A DNA stretch of 64,000 nt from Bacillota bacterium. Lineage in GTDB: Bacteria; Bacillota; Dehalobacteriia; UBA4068. Below are positions 28,501 to 36,782 of the stretch, piece after piece. The number at the start of each line of letters is the position of its first letter. Positions within the stretch are counted from its first letter, which is position 1. The stretch covers positions 6,100-70,099 of the forward strand of contig JBMNFI010000002.1 in NCBI GenBank assembly GCA_050949225.1, given 5' to 3'. The notes under the pieces are model-generated. The model ran no database searches, was not told the DNA's origin, and was given only the letters and a program-made list of their open reading frames with translations. Both the position numbers and the translations under genes were made by a program.

Positions 28501-28779
28501 ATGACTGTTTATAGCAAAAAATACCCTTCGCGCACTAGACCTCACTCCCATGGGGTCAGGGGCTGCTGTTTTACACCTTCTTGCTATCAGCTGTATTACC
28601 CGACTGTATGTTATAAACCTTATCCCCAAAGATGCTGCTGCCCTTCATGTTGTCATCAGAAAAACACCGGTAGTAGCGGTCAAAATCCCGGATCACGTTG
28701 TTGGGGCGAATTCGCCCTTCTAGGGGCAGCGGCACTGTTTTTCCTGTCCGGCCCAACCTTTTTTGGGAGAAATAACTAG
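28501..28779 (+). CDS. Small Cys/Pro/Tyr-rich protein with a C-terminal hydrophobic segment
   Basis: 92 aa: ...GCCFTPSCYQLYYPTVCYKPYPQRCCCPSCCHQ...GEFALLGAAALFFLSG. Strong AAAAAGGAGG RBS. Confidence 0.6.
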   Translation: MTVYSKKYPSRTRPHSHGVRGCCFTPSCYQLYYPTVCYKPYPQRCCCPSCCHQKNTGSSGQNPGSRCWGEFALLGAAALFFLSGPTFFGRNN

Positions 28780-28819
28780 TTTTGGTCAGGTTAGAAAAAG
28801 CCGAAAAGGAGAGATAATA

Positions 28820-28951
28820 ATGTTTAATTTTGGTTGTGACGATAATGGTTGTAGTGGAAGCGTATGGGGTTGTTTAATCAATCTGATCATTCTTTTGATT
28901 GTTTTAGAATTCCTTTGCAACATCATTAATCCTAATAGCTGTAACTGCTAA
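28820..28951 (+). CDS. Tiny Cys-rich transmembrane protein (YjcZ-like), paralogue 1
   Basis: 43 aa: MFNFGCDDNGCSGSVWGCLINLIILLIVLEFLCNIINPNSCNC. AAAAGGAGAG RBS. The core matches the next gene. Confidence 0.6.
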   Translation: MFNFGCDDNGCSGSVWGCLINLIILLIVLEFLCNIINPNSCNC

Positions 28952-28986
28952 TACCTAAAATAAAAATCTAAAAGGAGGATAAAAAC

Positions 28987-29214
28987 ATGGGTTTTTTTGA
29001 TAATCTTGGCGGTGGTAATGGTTGCGGAGGTGGTTTTGATTGCATCATCAACCTAATCGTTATCCTAATCGTTTTACAATTTATTTGCAGTATCTTTTTT
29101 AACAATAGCAGCGATGGTGATAATGATTGCGCCTGCAATAATTATAACTATGAGGGCTATGACAAAAATTGCAACTGCGGATGTGCAGAAAACACCTGTA
29201 GTTTTAACTGCTAG
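28987..29214 (+). CDS. Tiny Cys-rich transmembrane protein (YjcZ-like), paralogue 2
   Basis: 75 aa: MGFFDNLGGGNGCGGGFDCIINLIVILIVLQFICSIFF... with a C-terminal CACNN...CNCGCAENTCSFNC. AAAAGGAGGA RBS. Confidence 0.65.
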   Translation: MGFFDNLGGGNGCGGGFDCIINLIVILIVLQFICSIFFNNSSDGDNDCACNNYNYEGYDKNCNCGCAENTCSFNC

Positions 29215-29254
29215 GTTGCATAACCTTTCGGCAGTCTCTTCAGGGGACCAACTG

Positions 29255-29282
29255 GCGGTCGGTTTTACCGACCGCTTTTTTT
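29255..29282 (+). terminator. Intrinsic terminator after the tiny-protein triplet
   Basis: GCGGTCGGT-ttt-ACCGACCGC followed by TTTTTTT. Confidence 0.8.
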
Positions 29283-29359
29283 GTGGGAGTCAAGCACCAA
29301 AAGTCACCTTTTGAATATTCTTTTAACAAGAAACAACTTTATTGATCATATATTCTTGT

Positions 29360-30472
29360 ATGAGCAAAAGGAGGCTTGCTCCCGTGGTTGCTAATAATCA
29401 AAACTTCAACAATATTAACAATAACCCCGCTTACTCAACAGGTACGGGTCGCCCCTCTCAAACTGTCAGGGGCAGTAGTAAAGTTCACGAGCTGCCTAAG
29501 GGGGGACCGCCGCAAAGTGCTAACAGGACTCCGCCACAAGACAGAAAAGCACGCCCGCCTAACAGAACTTCCAATCGAGGGAATCGCCCTAATAGTGGGG
29601 GCCTTTTGGGGGTTCTAATGGGTGGCGGCAATATTTTAAGCAGCCTGCTGGGAGGGGGTAGCGCCGCAACAAATAGCACCGGCAACCTCTTGGGAAGTCT
29701 TTTAGGGGGTGGGGGCGGATCCTCAGGAGGCGGCCTGGGAAACCTCGGGGCTCTTCTGGGGGGATTAAATGGTGGTGGCGGAGCAGGGGGTCTTGGTAAT
29801 ATTGTTAGCGCCTTAGGGGGGCTTTCCGCCGCCATGCCTGCCACCACTAACAACCCCACACCCACTAATAACGGCCCGGATATCATGAGTATCTTGTCAG
29901 CTTTAAACAATAACAATCCTATCGACAGCAACAATGCCGCAACCAATACCATAAACCCCCAGGATCTCTTGACAAAACTATCCTCACTAATGGGTAATGT
30001 CAATAATCAAACTTCTGCACCTTTGCCAAAGACTCCGCCGGATCCACAACCCGGTCCCGGAGCCTTACCGGATCAAGAAATTATCGTTAATGACCCCCAT
30101 GGCCAAAACAACAATCAGACCGCCCAGTTAAATGATCTTCTGTCAAATCTTTTAACTAATCTTGATCTAAGCAAACTAACCAACCTTACCGGCGGACAAC
30201 AACAAAAGGATCAACAGCCCACCAACCCGCTACCACAGGAAACCCAACAACCACCCCAATCAAAAGCAGCGCACAAAACAACGGCATCCGGCAATGAACC
30301 GAAAACTACTTCAGAAAATGCGAAAGACACCCTGCCAAACGACCTTTTTGCGAGCCATGAAGAACCTATTGATCCCTGCTCGGACTGCCCTCACCCCTGC
30401 TGGAACAATAAAGAACATTTACCCTCTTTTGCAGAAGTGAAAAAAATGGCCTCTACCTGGAGTCGTTATTAA
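29360..30472 (+). CDS. Low-complexity Gly/Asn/Pro/Gln-rich protein with a Cys-containing C-terminus
   Basis: Gly-Leu repeats (LLGGGGGSSGGGLGNLGALLGGLNGGGGAGGLGN), N/Q/P/T-rich tracts, and a C-terminal DPCSDCPHPCWNNKEH. The start is ambiguous: the ATG at 29360 has no SD, while the in-frame GTG at 29384 has AAAAGGAGG 9 nt upstream. Confidence 0.5.
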   Translation: MSKRRLAPVVANNQNFNNINNNPAYSTGTGRPSQTVRGSSKVHELPKGGPPQSANRTPPQDRKARPPNRTSNRGNRPNSGGLLGVLMGGGNILSSLLGGGSAATNSTGNLLGSLLGGGGGSSGGGLGNLGALLGGLNGGGGAGGLGNIVSALGGLSAAMPATTNNPTPTNNGPDIMSILSALNNNNPIDSNNAATNTINPQDLLTKLSSLMGNVNNQTSAPLPKTPPDPQPGPGALPDQEIIVNDPHGQNNNQTAQLNDLLSNLLTNLDLSKLTNLTGGQQQKDQQPTNPLPQETQQPPQSKAAHKTTASGNEPKTTSENAKDTLPNDLFASHEEPIDPCSDCPHPCWNNKEHLPSFAEVKKMASTWSRY

Positions 30473-30777
30473 AATCTGTGAAAAGGTTGTCCACGCAAAG
30501 ATCAACACTACAAATAAATCAGCACAAAAGAGCCTACTTGCGCTTCGGAACATCGCTTAACGGCAGCTTGACCCACAGCAATCAAGTGCCGACAAAAAGG
30601 GCGGCAAAACCTGTAGCGTACAGAACCAGCCACCGAAAAAAACCCGTCAGAACCATTACCTCTCGTTTTAACAAACTATTAACAACCTAGACAATAATGC
30701 GGATAGGACCATGGCCGCTTACCATGGTCCAAAGGTCCGAACCGTAAATTTATAGTAACAGGAGGATTTATACACAT

Positions 30778-30993
30778 ATGGATAATATTCGCTTACCATC
30801 AATTAAAAATATCGATGAATTAAAGGCTTTATTTAATCAATATAAAAATTTTCTTTCTCCCGAAAATGCCGCGACAATTTCTTCTCTTATTCAAGAAATT
30901 GAAAAGGGCCCTCATAAAATGGATACAAACCAGATGAAAAATCTTACTTCAAAACTGCAAAACAATGCCGACCGAGAAAAAAACAACCTTTAA
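30778..30993 (+). CDS. Hypothetical small helical protein
   Basis: 71 aa, with AGGAGGA 9 nt upstream and a strong terminator immediately downstream. Confidence 0.5.
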   Translation: MDNIRLPSIKNIDELKALFNQYKNFLSPENAATISSLIQEIEKGPHKMDTNQMKNLTSKLQNNADREKNNL

Positions 30994-31035
30994 AAATATC
31001 TCCGCTCATCATCTGATGAGCGGAGATATTTATTT
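30994..31035. terminator. Bidirectional terminator (small ORF + / DUF1287 gene -)
   Basis: AAATATCTCCGCTCATC-atct-GATGAGCGGAGATATTT: a 17-bp perfect stem flanked by A/T runs. Confidence 0.85.
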
Positions 31036-31737
31036 CTGCCAGCGATAATGTCCAACCAAAGTCGGCATGCGCAAAGCATCTTCTTCTTTATGGAGCTGTC
31101 CCATATGATGGATCAGATAGGGCTGCCCCTTTTTATTGCGCCGATCAGAAACAATGCCAATATGATCACGGTTGGCATAAATAACAATATCACCAGGCTG
31201 CCACTCCTCTATTTTATTAAGATCCAAAGTTAAAGATGTTGCTTGTCGCTGAAAAAACACATGGAGGTTTTTCACACGACGAAAATCAATATGAGGATCC
31301 GGTTTATCAACATTCGGATAAGCAGATAAGTTGTTGGCAATATCGTCATCAACCAAATCTTTTAAAGAGTAACCGGCCCTCTTAAAAGCATGCCAAATGA
31401 CATCTGTACAAACACCGTATTCATCGGTGGGATATCCTCCCTGATAATATCGACTTTTATACTGAGGATTGGTTTCTACATATTCTCTGGCTCCTAAAAG
31501 CAGAGCCCGATAGTCATCAATACCATCACCATCCCGGTCAGTCTGACTTACCAGAGTTTTGATATTGAAATCCTCCGCAGTATAGTAGTTTTTTGCAAAA
31601 AAATTTCCTGATCTAGGATTGATAGAAAACACCTGCCAATAAAAACAACTACCGATTGCCGCCATAATAAGAACGACCACTATAAGAATCTTAACATTTA
31701 GCTTTCTTTGTGGTCTTTTAGCCCGTTTTTTGGCCAT
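31030..31737 (-). CDS. DUF1287 domain-containing membrane-anchored protein
   Basis: N-terminal TM. GVCTDVIWHAFKRAGYSLKDLV...DFRRVKNLHVFF...PGDIVIY...HIGIVSD...LIHHMG matches the DUF1287 pattern. Start trimmed to the ATG at 31737. Confidence 0.7.
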   Translation of the reverse strand: MAKKRAKRPQRKLNVKILIVVVLIMAAIGSCFYWQVFSINPRSGNFFAKNYYTAEDFNIKTLVSQTDRDGDGIDDYRALLLGAREYVETNPQYKSRYYQGGYPTDEYGVCTDVIWHAFKRAGYSLKDLVDDDIANNLSAYPNVDKPDPHIDFRRVKNLHVFFQRQATSLTLDLNKIEEWQPGDIVIYANRDHIGIVSDRRNKKGQPYLIHHMGQLHKEEDALRMPTLVGHYRWQK

Positions 31738-31754
31738 CCCTGCCACTCCTGATC

Positions 31755-32861
31755 TTAAGAAAAATATTTACCAATAGCGGCCACTATTTGCTTGCTGGCC
31801 TGACCACTGCCAAAAGGATTGATGGCTTGCGCCATGCGATGATAAGTTTCTTTATCATGCAACAATAAATTTATACCTTCTTTGACATCAGCCTTTTTGA
31901 CTCCAATCAGCTTGGCCGTACCGGCCTTTACCGCCTCAGGACGCTCGGTAACCTCGCGCAGCACTAATACCGGTTTGCCCAAGGCGGGAGCCTCCTCTTG
32001 CAGGCCGCCACTATCAGTGACCACAATTTTAGCTTTATTCATTACTTGCGCAAAAGGCAAATAATCCAGTGGTTCAATCAAATGTATGCGAGGATTATGC
32101 GACAGGTATTTTTGGGCCGTTTCACGCACTAAAGGGTTTTTATGTACAGGAAAAACGACCTCTACCTGCGGATTTTCCTCAACGACCTCCGAGATGGCTG
32201 CAAAAATCTGCTGCATGGGCTGACCCCAATTTTCACGGCGGTGACAGGTTAAAAGGATCACTTCTTTTTGCCAGTTAACAGCAGACAAGCCATGTTCAGA
32301 CAGATCACAATCCTTTTCAATCACCTGTAAAAGGGCATCAATTACTGTATTACCTGTTACCACAATCCGTTCAGCTGGGACTTTTTCAACCAGTAAATTT
32401 TCCTGAGCTTTTACGGTGGGAGCAAAATGATAATCGGCAATTACTCCTGTTAAACAGCGGTTTATTTCCTCGGGATAAGGCGCATACTTGTCTCCACTAC
32501 GTAAACCTGCCTCAACATGTCCACAAGGAACACGAGCATAAAAGGCAGCCAAAGAAGCCGCAAAAGTAGTTGTAGTATCTCCATGCACAAGCACCAGATC
32601 AGGTTTTTCAACAGTAAATATCTTCACTGTCTCTTGGAGAACTGCTGCTGTGATATCTGCCAGAGTTTGCCCCTGCTTCATAATATTTAAATCATAATCC
32701 GGTTCAATTTCAAACAGTTTTAATACTTGATCCAACATTTCTCGATGTTGTGCAGTTACAACTATTTGACTGTCAATTCCCGGTTCCTGTTCCAGCAGTT
32801 TGACAAGCGGCGCCATTTTGATAGCTTCAGGACGGGTGCCAAAAACAGAAATAACTTTCAT
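31755..32861 (-). CDS. wecB: UDP-N-acetylglucosamine 2-epimerase (non-hydrolysing)
   Basis: 368 aa. MKVISVFGTRPEAIKMAPL...VHGDTTT...HVEAGLRS...DSGGLQEEAP are typical motifs. Confidence 0.9.
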   Translation of the reverse strand: MKVISVFGTRPEAIKMAPLVKLLEQEPGIDSQIVVTAQHREMLDQVLKLFEIEPDYDLNIMKQGQTLADITAAVLQETVKIFTVEKPDLVLVHGDTTTTFAASLAAFYARVPCGHVEAGLRSGDKYAPYPEEINRCLTGVIADYHFAPTVKAQENLLVEKVPAERIVVTGNTVIDALLQVIEKDCDLSEHGLSAVNWQKEVILLTCHRRENWGQPMQQIFAAISEVVEENPQVEVVFPVHKNPLVRETAQKYLSHNPRIHLIEPLDYLPFAQVMNKAKIVVTDSGGLQEEAPALGKPVLVLREVTERPEAVKAGTAKLIGVKKADVKEGINLLLHDKETYHRMAQAINPFGSGQASKQIVAAIGKYFS

Positions 32862-33359
32862 TTAATCATCCTCTTTTTTGTCATCCTTTTTTTTGTCATC
32901 CTTTTTTATCACAAGATCAGAAAAACGTATCAATGACATACCGGTTTCCTCAGCCAATTCGCAGGCTAATTCGTCAGGATAATCACTGTCAAAGATAACT
33001 TTTTTGATGCCACAGGTAACCATGGCTTTCGTGCAAATTGTACAAGGTTGAGCGGTCACATACATGGTTGCGCCTTCCAAGGCTACCCCATAGCGAGCAG
33101 CAAAATTACAAACATTAGCTTCGGCATGCTGCGCCCGACAAATTTCTTGTCGTTGGCCGGAAGGAATCCCCAATTTATCCCGCAAACATCCTATTTCATC
33201 ACAGTGAAGAGCCCCCGGTAAAGCCCCATTATAGCCTGTCCCCAAAATACGGTTTTCCGGGCTGACTGCTACTGCTCCGACCTTACGGCGGCAACAGGTT
33301 GAACGCTGAGCTACCAGATAGGCAATTGCCATAAAATATTCATCCCACGATTGACGCAT
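32862..33359 (-). CDS. comEB: dCMP deaminase (ComEB-type) with a Lys/Asp repeat tail
   Basis: SWDEYFMAIAYLVAQRSTC, HAEANV and PCTICTKAM zinc motifs. C-terminal KKDDKKKDDKKEDD. The stop abuts the wecB start. Confidence 0.85.
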   Translation of the reverse strand: MRQSWDEYFMAIAYLVAQRSTCCRRKVGAVAVSPENRILGTGYNGALPGALHCDEIGCLRDKLGIPSGQRQEICRAQHAEANVCNFAARYGVALEGATMYVTAQPCTICTKAMVTCGIKKVIFDSDYPDELACELAEETGMSLIRFSDLVIKKDDKKKDDKKEDD

Positions 33360-33386
33360 ATTATTCTCACTTTCTAAAACAGCTCT

Positions 33387-34625
33387 TTAATCGGCATAAA
33401 GCGGATATGCCCGGGTTAATTCTTTAACTAAAGCAGCAGCTTTTGCTATTTGGCTCTCATTTCTGCTTAAAGCATCATCGATAGCTTGAGCAATTTCTTT
33501 CATCTGCTCTTCCTTCATACCTCTGGTAGTAACCGCAGGTGTTCCCATACGCACACCACTGGTCACAAAAGGACTTTGCGGATCAAAAGGAATTGTGTTT
33601 TTATTAGCGGTAATACCTACTTCATCCAAAAGATGTTCAGCCTCTTTGCCGGTAAAATCACGGCAGCGTACATCTATCAAGAGTAAATGATTATCTGTTC
33701 CGCCGGAAACCAAGCGGAAGCCTTTTTCTGACAAGGCTGCGGCCAAAGCTGCCGCATTTTTTACCACCTGCTGCTGATATGTTTTAAAATCAGCGGATTG
33801 GGCTTCTTTAAAGGCCACCGCTTTAGCAGCAATAACATGCATCAAAGGGCCGCCTTGAATACCGGGAAAGATCGCTTTATCCACAGCATTAGCGTATTCC
33901 TCCCGACAGAAAATAGCCCCCCCACGCGGCCCGCGCAGGGTTTTATGAGTAGTGGTAGTGACGATATCACAATGAGGAATAGGACTGGGATGCAGATCAG
34001 CAGCAATCAATCCGGCAATATGTGCCATATCCACCATCAATTTGGCACCGCTAGCAGCTGCAATATCAGCTAAGGCTGCAAAATCAATATTGCGCGGATA
34101 GGCAGAAGCACCTGCCACAATTAATTTAGGCTTTTCTGCCACAGCCTGTACTTTTAAGGCCTCGTAATCAATAAGTTCTGTTTCCGGATCCACGCCATAT
34201 TCAATAAAATTATATTGACGGCCGGAGAAATTGACCGGGCTGCCATGGGTTAAGTGCCCGCCATGAGATAAATTCATACCCAAAACTTTATCGCCATGCT
34301 CTAAAAGAACATAATAGGCGGCCATATTAGCTTGTGCTCCGGAATGAGCCTGTACATTGACATGATCGGAACCAAAAATTTCCCTAGCACGATCTCGAGC
34401 CAAGTTTTCAGCAATATCCACAAATTCGCAACCGCCATAATATCTTTTTCCCGGATAGCCCTCAGCGTATTTATTTGTTAAAATTGATCCTTGTGCTGAC
34501 ATTACCGCTTTACTGGTAAAGTTCTCCGAGGCAATCAACTCAATATTATTTTGCTGGCGGTCGGCCTCTTTACTAATCGCATCAGCCACCTGCGGGTCAA
34601 CTTTCTTTAATAAATCTAAATCCAT
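33387..34625 (-). CDS. glyA: Serine hydroxymethyltransferase
   Basis: 412 aa. [10 protein letters not shown]...[11 protein letters not shown] contains the PLP-lysine motif. Confidence 0.95.
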   Translation of the reverse strand: MDLDLLKKVDPQVADAISKEADRQQNNIELIASENFTSKAVMSAQGSILTNKYAEGYPGKRYYGGCEFVDIAENLARDRAREIFGSDHVNVQAHSGAQANMAAYYVLLEHGDKVLGMNLSHGGHLTHGSPVNFSGRQYNFIEYGVDPETELIDYEALKVQAVAEKPKLIVAGASAYPRNIDFAALADIAAASGAKLMVDMAHIAGLIAADLHPSPIPHCDIVTTTTHKTLRGPRGGAIFCREEYANAVDKAIFPGIQGGPLMHVIAAKAVAFKEAQSADFKTYQQQVVKNAAALAAALSEKGFRLVSGGTDNHLLLIDVRCRDFTGKEAEHLLDEVGITANKNTIPFDPQSPFVTSGVRMGTPAVTTRGMKEEQMKEIAQAIDDALSRNESQIAKAAALVKELTRAYPLYAD

Positions 34626-34664
34626 CTAACACTTCCTCCATTCATCTTTTAAATCTTTTTAGTT

Positions 34665-35186
34665 TTATTCAAAAGCCTTTTCAATGCCTGTGTCAGAACA
34701 ACAGCAGCATTCTACTTGCTCGACCTCATATTTGTCACCAAAGCGCTCTTTTTCAACTTCGGTAATTTTGTTGACTCGTCCTTCATGACGCTCGCCTGCA
34801 AACTCCGTCGAAAACCACACCTGCACAATTTCCTTGGCACTCTCCCAGTCCAAAACGCGAGCACCCAGAACCAGTATATTGGCATCATTATGTTCACGGC
34901 TGGTAAGAGCTGTGTAAACATTATGGCAAAGGGCTGCCCTGATTTTGGGAAACTTATTAGCCACAATCGACATCCCGATACCGGTTCCACAGATCAAGAC
35001 TCCCCTGTCGGATTCACCTCTGGACACAGAAAGTGCCACTTCTTTACCATAATCAGGATAATCAACAGATTTTTCATCATTAAAACAACCTAGGTCAACA
35101 ACATGATGACCCATCTCTTTGATCATTTTTTTAATTTTCTCTTTAAGCTGATAGCCTGCATGGTCACTAGCAATTGGAATAATCAT
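34665..35186 (-). CDS. rpiB: Ribose-5-phosphate isomerase B with a ~28-aa C-terminal extension
   Basis: [18 protein letters not shown]...[14 protein letters not shown] is canonical RpiB. It is 173 aa, against ~150 aa as I recall for typical RpiB. The extra tail contains CCCC (34698-34709). Confidence 0.88.
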   Translation of the reverse strand: MIIPIASDHAGYQLKEKIKKMIKEMGHHVVDLGCFNDEKSVDYPDYGKEVALSVSRGESDRGVLICGTGIGMSIVANKFPKIRAALCHNVYTALTSREHNDANILVLGARVLDWESAKEIVQVWFSTEFAGERHEGRVNKITEVEKERFGDKYEVEQVECCCCSDTGIEKAFE

Positions 35187-35244
35187 TAAAAAAGCCCCCT
35201 ATCTGCAATATATAAAAGCATCTAAACTTCTTACATTCGCTGCC

Positions 35245-35724
35245 CTATGTTATATTTCCTTTCATTAAATTATTTTTATCAACACTTTTTTCTAGTTTGC
35301 TCTGCAATTTCTTAAGACCTGTCTCAATTTTCTGCAGACAAGCTTCATATTCAGCTAAATCACCACCATAAGGGTCCGGAATATCACAACCACCAATTTC
35401 CGCCATAGAAATCACTTTATCCGCTGACCGGGGATCCATGGACAGCAGCATATTTTTATGTGCTTGCGTCATCGTAACCACCAGATCAGCTTCATCTAAC
35501 AAATAGGTAGAAAGCAGTTTGCTGCGAAAATCACGCAAATTGCCTCCTCGTTTTTCTACCGTCAAAACGGCATTATCAGTTGCTTTGTCTAAGGTTAAGG
35601 CATGAAGTCCCGCCGAAAAAACTTGAGGGGTCTTTTCCTGACTCTCATAAAGAAGAGGGAAAATTGCCTCTGCCATAGGACTGCGGCAGGTGTTACCTGT
35701 ACAAACAAATAAAATCTTCATCAT
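35245..35724 (-). CDS. ywlE: Low-molecular-weight protein phosphatase (YwlE-like arginine/tyrosine phosphatase)
   Basis: MKILFVCTGNTCRSPMAE contains the CX5R(S) P-loop. ATGA overlap with the tsaC stop. Confidence 0.85.
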   Translation of the reverse strand: MMKILFVCTGNTCRSPMAEAIFPLLYESQEKTPQVFSAGLHALTLDKATDNAVLTVEKRGGNLRDFRSKLLSTYLLDEADLVVTMTQAHKNMLLSMDPRSADKVISMAEIGGCDIPDPYGGDLAEYEACLQKIETGLKKLQSKLEKSVDKNNLMKGNIT

Positions 35725-36782
35725 TCGGCTTCCTCCCTAAAGGCGGCTTTCTCTAATCTATTCATGATAGCCTTACCGAGGGTATTTTCGGTATCCACCG
35801 TCTCCACAATCAGCGTTTTTATCCCCATCATATCAGCAGTCCTAAAGGAGGCAAATAAGTGGCTTCCGTAGGCCGCAAAATCCCCATCCTCCGCCAAAAT
35901 CAAACGTTGTGCTTGAGGTGGCAATAAAGTCGAGCTGCCTTGAAAACATAAAACCATCACAGGTTTCGGCGCCATCTGCCAAGTATTTTGCAAATCCTCC
36001 TTTTTTGCTAAGATCACTTGGCATTGTGGTGAATAGTGAGCATACTTAGTGCCGGGAGACAGTGGAGCATCCGACACAACATTAACATCCAAAACTTCCC
36101 CTAGAAAAGGCTTCAATTCCTCCGCACCAATTTTACCTGGGCGTAAAATACGCGGCTGTGAGCCGCTTAAGTCCAAAACTGTGGATTCTAATCCGATCTC
36201 TACCGCACCTCCATCAATAATCAAGGGGATCTTACCTGCCAAATCATCCAACACATGATCAGCCAAAGTCGGACTGGGGCGCCCGGAGGTGTTGGCAGAC
36301 GGAGCCGCCAGCGGCACGGCAGCTTTTTTTATTAAATCACGTGCTATCGCATGGTCAGGACAGCGAACCGCCACTGTAGGCAAACCACAAGTGACTAAAT
36401 CAGGAATGCTTGCTTTTTTTGCTAAAACCATTGTCAAAGGACCCGGCCAAAAATTTTTTGCCAGCAGTTGGGCTTCAAAAGTAACCTTCGCCACCTTTTC
36501 CAGATCCGCCGCCTCGGCAATATGTACAATCAAAGGGTTATCACAGGGACGTCCTTTAACTGTAAAAATTTTGGATACTGCCTGTTCGTCAAAAGCATTT
36601 GCGCCCAAACCATAAACAGTTTCAGTGGGAAAGGCCACCAAAGAGCCTTCTTTAATCAAGGCAGCAGCCCTATCTAATGCCTGCTCACGATAAAGCTTTT
36701 CTTTGGCATTTATATAAGAATTATTTCCGTTCAATTGTCGCTCAGCTAATTTGTTAGCTATTTTTATAACTTCTGTTTTCAC
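35721..36782 (-). CDS. tsaC: L-threonylcarbamoyladenylate synthase (Sua5/YwlC type, with a Sua5 C-terminal domain)
   Basis: 353 aa with PTETVYGLGANA and SANTSGRPSP motifs. GTG start in a GTGA overlap with the prmC stop, preceded by AAGGAG. Confidence 0.88.
   Translation of the reverse strand: MKTEVIKIANKLAERQLNGNNSYINAKEKLYREQALDRAAALIKEGSLVAFPTETVYGLGANAFDEQAVSKIFTVKGRPCDNPLIVHIAEAADLEKVAKVTFEAQLLAKNFWPGPLTMVLAKKASIPDLVTCGLPTVAVRCPDHAIARDLIKKAAVPLAAPSANTSGRPSPTLADHVLDDLAGKIPLIIDGGAVEIGLESTVLDLSGSQPRILRPGKIGAEELKPFLGEVLDVNVVSDAPLSPGTKYAHYSPQCQVILAKKEDLQNTWQMAPKPVMVLCFQGSSTLLPPQAQRLILAEDGDFAAYGSHLFASFRTADMMGIKTLIVETVDTENTLGKAIMNRLEKAAFREEAE

Noticed and set aside
29485-30003. A 172-aa minus-strand Pro/Leu-rich ORF.
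   Set aside because: It is antisense to the Gly/Asn-rich gene, so it is a compositional mirror artefact (GGN codons read as NCC = Pro). It has no RBS.
30478-30690. A 70-aa very basic ORF (GTG start).
   Set aside because: It has no Shine-Dalgarno and a non-ATG start, and its composition simply mirrors the A/C-rich spacer. It is kept only as a remote possibility under the spacer finding.
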